DNA from: Eledone cirrhosa
Taxonomy: Eukaryota
Assembly (NCBI GenBank): GCA_964016885.1
Contig: OZ024742.1
Span: 157,852,001 to 157,916,000, forward strand
Reading direction: 5' to 3'
DNA length: 64,000 nucleotides
The notes beneath the pieces are model-generated. The model was not told the origin of the DNA. It searched no databases and was given only the letters and a program-made list of their open reading frames with translations. Both the position numbers and the translations under genes were made by a program. Shown here in pieces: positions 54,501 to 64,000 of the stretch; position 1 is the first letter of the stretch, and the number at the start of each line of letters is the position of its first letter.

Positions 54501-54795
54501 ATATATATATATATATTAAATTCAAATATTAACAAAATAGATGTTCTTGTGATCAATTAAATTTTATTATACATATTTCAGAGGTACTTGAATCAGGTTG
54601 AACAGTACGTGCTCATCAGATAAAATAAAAGGATACATGACATACCCTGAGATGTTAGATGGTTAAGATTTAATCAAGGTAAGATTTAATGGTTAAGATT
54701 TAATCACTAACTCTGGAAAATGTTTTTACAGTAGAGTGCTTCCAATCTACTGTAAAACTCATTCTTTGATGTACTCATTGAATCTTGTTTAACTC

Positions 54796-54871
<76 letters not shown>

Positions 54872-54877
<6 letters not shown>

Positions 54878-55097
54878 ATAAATGGAAAACTATATTTATA
54901 AAACCATATTTATTTCATTATATATATTTCGGGGATATCATATTAACAATATGCTATGCCTTCATCAGACAAAATACAATATAAACAGTTTTATAGATAA
55001 ATATATTCGACATACCGTAATAAACATCAACTTCGTTTGAAGAGGTTTACGCTAGCATATACAATTGTAACCCAACAATTTTAAATATAACTTTACA
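54872..55097. mobile_element. Two-tailed copy of the 26287-26565 family with a CUGAUGA HHR-like motif (54917-54973, minus strand)
   Basis: 54872-55055 is the reverse complement of about 26290-26473; 55065-55094 matches 26533-26562. Confidence 0.75.
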
Positions 55098-55118
55098 CAT
55101 ATATATATATATATATAT

Positions 55119-58100
55119 ATTTATTAAAATAACAGATTAAAGTTTAAGCAAAGAATCGCTGCTTTCACCCTTAACGGGATCTTCTGAAACTAACAAAGTC
55201 AATCTGTAAACGCAGAACTGGATATTTCAAAAAACGTTGCAACCGGAGGAAGACAGGAAGACGATACTTTGGTTCGTGGTAACGTTCGCTGGCAAAGAAC
55301 GGGAAAAAAACGAATAATACGTCATTAATAGGAGCGGTGAAAAACAATTACGCGCAAAGACAAAACCACGTTTATGGTATAAAAGAGGTCGTAGACTAAT
55401 GTTCTCTTAGGTGGTGCATAGAGACGTTCTCTGGCAATGAACGAAAAAACGAAGATAATAAGTCATATGTGGAGCGTGGAGAACAATAGCACGCAAAGAC
55501 AAAACCACGTAAATGGTATAGCAGAAATCGTAGACTAAAATTCTAACTAGGAGACCAAATGAATCTCCGCTACAGAGTTAAGAACAAAGTAAATAAATAC
55601 AATACAGAAGTAATAGAAACAAATAAATACATACACGCAAACAGATACGTACATACACAAGCATACGCAAAACCTTACCATGGGTATACAAAACCACGCA
55701 CATATAAATATGTGTGTGTGTGTATGCTTGTGTACAAATAAATAAATAATTATATAAACGTATATAAGTAAATAAATACGTATATAACAAGCGCACACGC
55801 ATACCTACATATAAATCCACGAATGTTCGGATACGTAAGTCAACTAAAACAAGAAGTACACATATACACACACCCACCATACGTACGAACCTGCACACTC
55901 ACGCGGACGCAAAACTCCCGTATACACATAGCCAAACCCTAAATACCAGAATATGTAAAAATTATACGCCATAACAATCAAATATACGTACGAGAAGCTA
56001 TACACACCTTCACAAAATATACGGGTAATATATACTTACCTATGCAAATAAGTAATTGTATAAACAAAACATATACTTAGCTCCCACATCAAGACGTAAA
56101 ATATCCACGTATAGATCGTGCTATCCGTTAGGGTATAACGTGGGGCTGTAATACAGGAAAGTTTTGTGCAATTTATGTTTACAAGCCGAAATTGCCTCAG
56201 ATTTTTTGTTTAAGATGTGGTCTGTAGCGTAGAGTATTTCCAGGGCTTCAGCGGCGCGGAGGTCACATGGTCTTTTATTTCCGTTATACGATCTAGCCCT
56301 AGCTAGGATCTCCCAGTGTAACTTATATTGGGTGTGGTTGTCTTTTAGACTCCAGATATAAGCTGAAAGTGACGTCATATTCATTCTTAGAGGGTAACGA
56401 AAAGAATGGGTATGCATGTAAAGACGCTACTTGAATCTATTGGCGGTTAACCCTATGTAGGCCCTACTGGACGTGGGTGTTACAACCTTACATTTGTAGA
56501 CAATGTTACTAGAGAGGCATATCCCGGATAGGGGGAAATCAGCCCGATTCCTACAATTACAGTTAGTACTAACTACAGGGTTGCACGTGTTCCTACGGCT
56601 AGGTAGTTTAGCTAAATTTGAAGCTGTGATGTTATGTGCAAGGTTAGGAGTCGTAGAGTAAGAAATTTTAATAGTATTTCTATTAAAAATTTTACTATAT
56701 TTATGTGTAGGGGAAAATGCTTCGTAATAAGGGAAAGAAAGATCTTAGCTAATGGTGTGGCCACCTCCATATTATATGGTGGGTTAAACCAACAAATGCG
56801 ACGGGAACTATTTCTTCTAGGTCTATTTTCGTACTCTGTATATGCTACCTTATCGACAAATCCACTTCGAGCAAGAGCTTCATTGTAATAAGTGGAATGG
56901 TCGTTGAAAATGTGCTCGTTGGTGCAAAGACGGGAAAGCCTCAACGAAACGTTTCTTACCAGGTTCTTGGTTATGCTGGCAGGATGGTTGGAATGCTTGC
57001 TTATGTAATTAAGCGTATCATTCGGCTTTCTTATACGGGTAACACAACCCATTCAATAAATTGAGGGTAACGTCGAGGTAATTAACGACCGAGAGATTGG
57101 CCTCAACCTGTATAGAGAGGTTGAAGCCTTTAAAGAAGGCTGTGAGTTCTTTTCTGAACCTATCGCAAGCACGAGGTCCGCACTTAGTCATGGTCAAAAG
57201 ACCATCGTCACGGTACAAACCACCGCCCGCGTTGGGGAATTCGTCCTTGATAGAGAAAAGAAGGAAAAGGCCAATAAGATCAGTAACCTCCGCAGAGTCA
57301 CTGGCGCCCATACTCACGTCGAATGGGGTACTATTGGATTTTTAATCCAAATAGAGTCGTCGAAATTAATCACCGACTTTCGGGCATTAAGGATGACATC
57401 AACTTCAAAATCCTTAACCACTGTGAGTGTTTTAGCGAAATTGATAGCTCTAAGGAGAAGTGGTAAAGTGATGGAGGAGTAGTAATTGTTGATGTCGAAT
57501 TGGATAAAACGGCAATGTTCCTTGTTACATATGCCGTTGAACCAATCAATCACCGCGAAAGAATTGTTCCACAGTGCGAGAGGGGCCAAACTTCTAATAT
57601 CAGGTATAATTCTATCAAGAATCGTTTTACTAAGTCTACCTAAATCGGACTTCGTAGGGTTAATAAGCCGAATAGAGGGGTTGTTCGGAAAATTGGATTT
57701 GTGATCCTTCAGGGTAAAGTGGGGAGAGATAGGGTCCAGAGGTTCGGTCCGGTCCAGCATGTTGAGATCAGATGTGATTTTAAACCCAGCATCGTTGATT
57801 TCATTGATGACGCAACGATTAGTTTTACGGTAATCCTTAGTTACAGCATTATGTAGTAGTTGATGGTAAGTACTGCGCTCCACTTGATATAGGTTGCCAG
57901 TTTTGTCGGAATGGACGTGCACGGCGTTAGAATCCTTATTAGAACGAATTCTATTCTTCAGGTGTTGCTGGAAGGAATTGCTCCTATTCCGAAATTTGAT
58001 ATTCCGAATGAGTTCCAAGACATCATTTTCGAAGGGTAGCAATGCTGGGTTCCACGGAGGGTTATTATAAGTTTTAAATCCAAATTTATATATATAACGA

Positions 58101-58165
58101 AGGAAGTGTGGTAAGGAACCAGGTGGACCTTAACGCACCAGAGTACTCGATACTTTGTGTAGTAT
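55119..58165 (-). mobile_element. Penelope-like element 5 (Naiad-like), decayed, with microsatellite-rich 3' UTR and pLTR (55119-55540)
   Basis: FGFKT..PP...FENDV, SDKTGNLY, LKDHKSNF, QFDINNYYSSI, MGA.D.AEV..LIG, GLYRDDG, SNHP, WFNPPY, CNC linker, AYIGLT, CDL...E. Confidence 0.92.
55281..55545. repeat. About 143 bp diverged tandem duplication within the pLTR
   Basis: acgttc.ctggcaa...gcaaagacaaaaccacgt...tcgtagactaa occurs twice. Confidence 0.8.
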
Positions 58166-58168
58166 ATA

Positions 58169-58217
<49 letters not shown>

Positions 58218-58368
58218 ATACTTTGGGAGGGTCATGTTGCCAATAAGAAACACACGCACCAGTTGCTTTCACTTCAATTTAATTTATTAAATATTTATAA
58301 ATTTACAAATTTATAAATTTCTGGTTGGTTGGTTGGTTCCACAACCAGATAGTTGTTTATATATATAT

Positions 58369-58413
58369 AGTCATAGTTCTTTCGTCACACACTCTGTGAC
58401 CTCTTCAGTGACT
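58369..58413 (-). ncRNA. Minimal hammerhead in the inverted pLTR
   Basis: Mirror of 59106-59150. Confidence 0.8.
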
Positions 58414-59105
58414 GGGGATTTCTTTCTTCGTTTCTGTGCCTTTCCTTTCTTCTATCCTACGCCATTTTGTTTGTGTGTGGGTTGCGTGCTCAGTTTGCGC
58501 ATGCGCCACATCCGGGTGTCTGTGTGTGTTTGTGTTCATTTTTCTATTTTTCTATTTATATTTTTTTATTTGTTTGTTTATTTATTTATTTATTGTTGGT
58601 TGGTTGTTTGTTCTATGTGTGTGTGTGTTTTCATTTTGTGTGTGTTTTCAATTGTAAGTTGTTTGTTCGATGTGTGTGTGTGTTTTCATTTTGTCCTTAA
58701 TTGTAAGTTGTGATGTTGCTGTTCCACTCATATTTTCTATTTAATTTTGGTTTTAATTCTTTTATGCTTACTGCCTCTGTAATTTGCCTAAACATTGCGT
58801 CTTTCTTGTGTGTGGATTCTATTTTTATTTCTATGCTCTCTAATTTACCCCTGTGTTCTATCTTAGCATGAAAACACACACAAAATGAAAACACACACAC
58901 ACATAGAACAAACAACCAAGCAACAATAAATAAATAAATAAACAAACAAATAAAAAAATATAAATAGAAAAATAGAAAAATGAACACAAACACACACAGA
59001 CACCCGGATGTGGCGCATGCGCAAACTGAGCACGCAACCCACACGCAAACAAAATGGCGTAGGATAGAAGAAAGGAAAGGCACAGAAACGAAGAAAGAAA
59101 TCCCC

Positions 59106-59150
59106 AGTCACTGAAGAGGTCACAGAGTGTGTGACGAAAGAACTATGACT
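59106..59150 (+). ncRNA. Minimal hammerhead in the 5' pLTR
   Basis: agtca-CTGAAGA-g-gtcac(agagtgt)gtgac-GAAAG-aa-CTA-tgact. Confidence 0.82.
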
Positions 59151-59259
59151 ATATATATATAAACAACTATCTGGTTGTGGAACCAACCAACCAACCAGAA
59201 ATTTATAAATTTGTAAATTTATAAATATTTAATAAATTAAATTGAAGTGAAAGCAACTG

Positions 59260-62200
59260 GTGCGTGTGTTTCTTATTGGCAACATGACCCTCCCAAAGTA
59301 TAACAATATCGGTTTCAACACACGATTTCAGATAAAGAATCTTGCTAAACAAATTCAGAAACGAAATATCGTAAGCCTTAGCCAGGCTAACAAGATACTG
59401 AAAACCACCATGTTCTGTTGTCTACGAAAAACCATAACATCTCGACAACAACACTTCATAAAACTGTGCACCACTTCTAGAATCTACACCAACACCATCA
59501 ATACCGACGTTAGAACATTACAACTCACCAAAAAACAAGCAGATAGGCTAAAACGAACTTTAATTCTAAACATAAAAAAGAAGATCTATAGAGAATTAAG
59601 TCATCAAGAAAAACTAAAGCGTAACCTAATAGATGAAATATCTAAAATCACCACACCAGCAGAAAAACTAACATTTATAAGCCTTATACGCCCCGAAGAA
59701 CAGTACATTACTCAAGAATGTAATAAGCACTTTAACAGAAAATTAAAGTGGCTTAAACAGGCAAAGCTAAATCGGGATACTATAGAGTATACCAATAGAT
59801 ATCCCAACAAAATTGACGGTATCAACATGGCCGACACCTCATTATCTGAAGAGTTCAACAATGAAAATACCAACATCTATGGAAACACGGAAATAGATAA
59901 TAATGAAATGTCTGTGTTACGTCTGCCACCCAAATTTGCGACATTCAAGAAGGTAAATATGATTAGTTGTCTGTCAGAAATAGAAAAATCATTTACGAAA
60001 CTACGCTGGAGCATCAAAAACAAAAACAAAAGCAACAATATACGCACACACATATACAACACACATCCCAACAACAACAGACACACAGACACAAACAACA
60101 ATAACAACAACAATAGCAACATACCCAGATACAACAACAACAATAGCAACATACCCAGATACAACAGACACGCAGACACAAACAACAATAACAACACACA
60201 CGGAGACAATAATAACAACAACACACACATCAACAACAACAACAACAATAGCAACATATCCAGATACAACAACAACAGACACGCAAACACAAACAACAAT
60301 AACAACACACACAACAACGATAACACACACACACACGGAGACAACAACAACACACATCAACAACAACACACATCAACAACAACAACACACACGCATTCAA
60401 TGCCTCTCACCACAATCTTAACAAACACACAGACACAGAAAACAAGTAATGACAGTAGCACAGAAATCAGAGAAATAAGAGAAAGTAATAGGATTAAAAG
60501 GAGAAGGGAGACTAAGGACAAAGAGAATAACCAAGACGAACACACAGACACACAAAATAGGGTAGATAACAACATTGAGCCAGTGGAAAGAGACAGGAGT
60601 AATTATGAGAGACATAGAAACAACCATGAAGCTGAGGCTGCTGCCGTTGGTGGAAATAGAAACAACACAACTAACAATAACAATAGCACTAGTACACATA
60701 AAGCAGCAGCCTGGAACTCTCCGTTTTATAACCCCTCCGATAAATCATTCGACCTACGACGAGTCCACGCCACGACTTTGCCATTTAACAAACGCACGCA
60801 GTTGCCGTCGCAGGTCGATGAACAAACAGAGGCACAATTTAGTATAGCTAAATCCGAACTTAGAAATATTATAGAAGAGTATAGCAAGAAGCATAATAGA
60901 ATAGAGGCCCAGCAACTGGGAGAAGAATCTGCAAATGGCTTGCGTAAGCTCATGCAGCGCTCGCGTAATGGAGAGATAGCATGCTTTCAAACAGACAAGT
61001 CTGGCAGAATGTCGGTTGACAGCCTGCCAAACTACATCCAGGCAATGCAACCCCACATCACTAACACAAGAGAGGTAACACCACAGGAGCATGAGGATAG
61101 AGAAAAAACCCTCAATGCCCATATGGTGATGTGGACAAATATAATGCAGCCCAACAAAAGGACTGCCAACAACTTCCAGGCCTGGAACAATGACGTGCCG
61201 GCGTTGTATGGGCTTCGTAAAGACCATAAAACAGGCTGGGACCCTGTCGCGGGACCACCAACACGGCCAGTCTGTGGGGCTAACATTGCTAGTAACTACA
61301 GACTGTCCTACTTCCTCTCCCTGATCATACGCCCCATCATTGAGATGTCCCCAGATGTGTGTGACAGCACGGAGGACCTCCTCAGCAGAATCGGCGCGGG
61401 TAACCGATCTGGGGACCTAACAAACTGCATAATAGGCAGTATGGATGTTGTGTCCCTGTATCCATCTATTGACGTGGATTTTGCTGTGGAGAAATGCGTC
61501 GAAATGATCAGCGAGAGCAAGGTTGAGTTCCGTGGGATTGATACCAGTGAGCTGGGACTTCTACTTAAGCTTACCCATAGTAATAGTTACCTAGACACTT
61601 ATGACCTTAGCAACCTGTGCCCTACAAGACCAGCAAGAGGCAGACCACCTACCATTACCTCAATGGCCAAGAAAACCCACACAGATAGATGGAACGGGTG
61701 GACCAGAGCCATACGGACACCCGAAAACCATGATGAACTGAAGAAAATGATTGCACATGCGGTAGGGGCCAGCATAAAACTAACCCTTAAGGAACATATG
61801 TTCAAATTTAATGGTAAAACATATGCCCAAGAGGAAGGAGCAGCCATTGGTGTTAGCATTGCAGGCGACATAGCTAACTTATTCATGGTATGGTGGGACA
61901 GTAGACTTAAACAAAAACTTAATGAACAATTAGAAGACAGCTTAACCCTGATAATGTACTCCCGCTACGTAGATGATATAAACATCGTAGTTAAGACAGC
62001 CCCACTAAAGAACAGTCAGGAACTAGAGAAAAACACAATGGAAAGCATCCAGCAAATAGCAAACTCCATCCACCAGAGCATTAGAGTTACTATAGACTAC
62101 CCAAGAAGACACCCCAACCATCGATTACCTGTACTAGACACAGAGCTCTGGTTAGATACTATTAACAACCAAAAACAAATCCTCCATTCCCATTATGCCA

Positions 62201-63096
62201 AACCCATGACTTCCAAACATCTGATCCACCGAAACTCGGCCATTTCGGACCATACCAAAATCAACATACTGATTGCGGATTTGGTACGGGTGATGAGAAA
62301 TGTGTCCCGCATGTGCAACCCCGAAGAACTAGAGAGACACATACAACACTTCATCCACCGTATGCAGTTCTCTGGCTACAATCAGAGAGATAGAATCAGA
62401 GTGTATAAAGGAGCCAGAACCAAATGGGAAAAAATGGTAAATAATGACATAAATGGGACCTGCCCCTTGTATAGGAGCAAATTTTGGAATAGAATAGAAA
62501 GAACTAAGAACAAGGCCAATAGAATAAACTCATGGTATGATAGCAATAAATACCAGAGTGTAATGTTCATCAATACAACCCCTAGAGGCGAACTAGCCTA
62601 CAAATTTAGAAGGGCCCTAAAGAAACATAACCTCAATATTAAGATAGTAGAAAGACCTGGTACCTCCGTAAAAACACTTATTAGCAAGACATACCCGTTC
62701 CAAAGACCATCATGTATAGATAAGAAATGTATAACCTGTAAAATAAGCCCCCATATTAACTGTAAAACTAGAAATGTAGTATATAGCATAAGATGTACTG
62801 AAGGACGATGTAGAAACAAAAATGTAGTGTACATAGGTGAGACAGCTCGTAGTATAGGGGAACGAATAAATGAACACTGGCGAGACCTCCAAGATAATAA
62901 AGAATCATCTGTGCTCTACCAACATGCTAAGATAGAACACAGGGGTAAATTAGAGAGCATAGAAATAAAAATAGAATCCACACACAAGAAAGACGCAATG
63001 TTTAGGCAAATTACAGAGGCAGTAAGCATAAAAGAATTAAAACCAAAATTAAATAGAAAATATGAGTGGAACAGCAACATCACAACTTACAATTAA
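59260..63096 (+). CDS. PLE RT plus GIY-YIG polyprotein with an Asn/His/Thr-rich insert (first ATG 59284; true start may be spliced)
   Basis: LRLPPKF, TDKSGR, YGLRKDHK, TRPVCG, MDVVSLYPSI, GAAIG, YSRYVDD, LPVLD, C..C..C..C linker, VVY...YIGETARS..ER..EH, ITEA, LNRK.EW. Confidence 0.95.
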   Translation: MRVFLIGNMTLPKYNNIGFNTRFQIKNLAKQIQKRNIVSLSQANKILKTTMFCCLRKTITSRQQHFIKLCTTSRIYTNTINTDVRTLQLTKKQADRLKRTLILNIKKKIYRELSHQEKLKRNLIDEISKITTPAEKLTFISLIRPEEQYITQECNKHFNRKLKWLKQAKLNRDTIEYTNRYPNKIDGINMADTSLSEEFNNENTNIYGNTEIDNNEMSVLRLPPKFATFKKVNMISCLSEIEKSFTKLRWSIKNKNKSNNIRTHIYNTHPNNNRHTDTNNNNNNNSNIPRYNNNNSNIPRYNRHADTNNNNNTHGDNNNNNTHINNNNNNSNISRYNNNRHANTNNNNNTHNNDNTHTHGDNNNTHQQQHTSTTTTHTHSMPLTTILTNTQTQKTSNDSSTEIREIRESNRIKRRRETKDKENNQDEHTDTQNRVDNNIEPVERDRSNYERHRNNHEAEAAAVGGNRNNTTNNNNSTSTHKAAAWNSPFYNPSDKSFDLRRVHATTLPFNKRTQLPSQVDEQTEAQFSIAKSELRNIIEEYSKKHNRIEAQQLGEESANGLRKLMQRSRNGEIACFQTDKSGRMSVDSLPNYIQAMQPHITNTREVTPQEHEDREKTLNAHMVMWTNIMQPNKRTANNFQAWNNDVPALYGLRKDHKTGWDPVAGPPTRPVCGANIASNYRLSYFLSLIIRPIIEMSPDVCDSTEDLLSRIGAGNRSGDLTNCIIGSMDVVSLYPSIDVDFAVEKCVEMISESKVEFRGIDTSELGLLLKLTHSNSYLDTYDLSNLCPTRPARGRPPTITSMAKKTHTDRWNGWTRAIRTPENHDELKKMIAHAVGASIKLTLKEHMFKFNGKTYAQEEGAAIGVSIAGDIANLFMVWWDSRLKQKLNEQLEDSLTLIMYSRYVDDINIVVKTAPLKNSQELEKNTMESIQQIANSIHQSIRVTIDYPRRHPNHRLPVLDTELWLDTINNQKQILHSHYAKPMTSKHLIHRNSAISDHTKINILIADLVRVMRNVSRMCNPEELERHIQHFIHRMQFSGYNQRDRIRVYKGARTKWEKMVNNDINGTCPLYRSKFWNRIERTKNKANRINSWYDSNKYQSVMFINTTPRGELAYKFRRALKKHNLNIKIVERPGTSVKTLISKTYPFQRPSCIDKKCITCKISPHINCKTRNVVYSIRCTEGRCRNKNVVYIGETARSIGERINEHWRDLQDNKESSVLYQHAKIEHRGKLESIEIKIESTHKKDAMFRQITEAVSIKELKPKLNRKYEWNSNITTYN

Positions 63097-63379
63097 GGAC
63101 AAAATGAAAACACACACACACATCGAACAAACAACTTACAATTGAAAACACACACAAAATGAAAACACACACACACATAGAACAAACAACCAACCAACAA
63201 TAAATAAATAAATAAACAAACAAATAAAAAAATATAAATAGAAAAATAGAAAAATGAACACAAACACACACAGACACCCGGATGTGGCGCATGCGCAAAC
63301 TGAGCACGCAACCCACACACAAACAAAATGGCGTAGGATAGAAGAAAGGAAAGGCACAGAAACGAAGAAAGAAATCCCC

Positions 63380-63424
63380 AGTCACTGAAGAGGTCACAGA
63401 GTGTGTGACGAAAGAACTATGACT
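63380..63424 (+). ncRNA. Minimal hammerhead in the 3' pLTR
   Basis: Identical to 59106-59150. Confidence 0.82.
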
Positions 63425-63637
63425 ATATATATATAAACAACTATCTGGTTGTGGAACCAACCAACCAATCAGAAATTTATAAATTTATAAATTTATAAAT
63501 ATTTAATAAATTAAATTGAAGTGAAAGCAACTGGTGCGTGTGTTTCTTATTGGCAACATGACCCTCCCAAAGTATAACAATATCGGTTTCAACACACGAT
63601 TTCAGATAAAGAATCTTGCTAAACAAATTCAGAAACG

Positions 63638-63710
<73 letters not shown>

Positions 63711-63715
<5 letters not shown>

Positions 63716-64000
63716 TAAAATAACAGATTAAAGTTTAAGCAAAGAATCGCTGCTTTCACCCTTAACGGGATCTTCTGAAACTAACAAAGTCAATCTGTAA
63801 ACGCAGAACTGGATATTTCAAAAAACGTTGCAACCGGAGGAAGACAGGAAGACGATACTTTGGTTCGTGGTAACGTTCGCTGGCAAAGAACGGGAAAAAA
63901 CGAATATAATACGTCATTAATAGGAGCGGTGAAAAACAATTACGCGCAAAGACAGAACCACGTTTATGGTATAAAAGAGGTCGTAGACTAATGTTCTCTT
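63711..64000 (-). mobile_element. pLTR of the Naiad-like family (runs off the window)
   Basis: Near-identical to 55119-55408. Confidence 0.9.

Larger units (their letters stand above)
58209..63645 (+). mobile_element. Penelope-like element 6, apparently intact: inverted 3' segment (58209-58870), pLTR (58869-59368), ORF, pLTR (63143-63645), flanked by (TA)n
   Basis: Near-identical terminal repeats; uninterrupted ORF; three HHR copies. Confidence 0.95.

Overview
AT-rich eukaryotic non-genic DNA, most likely cephalopod/octopus (inferred from the tRNA-head SINE with a Nin-like core and the extreme (TA)n/(CA)n load). No host exon could be supported. Nearly all long Y/I/V/C/H/T-rich ORFs in the track are microsatellite artefacts. 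The window is a graveyard of retroelements: at least six Penelope-like elements (PLEs; RT plus GIY-YIG), one of them intact (59260-63096) with pseudo-LTRs (pLTRs); two R4/Dong-like RLE LINEs in (TAA)n; one decayed Tx1/L1; an RTE 3' fragment; and SINEs. The signal the ORF track does not show is non-coding. About ten distinct sequence types of type I hammerhead ribozyme (HHR) motif are present, two of them with giant (about 92 and 116 nt) helix II inserts. Most sit in foldback units of 0.2-3.6 kb whose two 3' tails point outward into (TA)n tracts. All folding was done by eye, no activity is demonstrated, and coordinates are approximate to a few bases.
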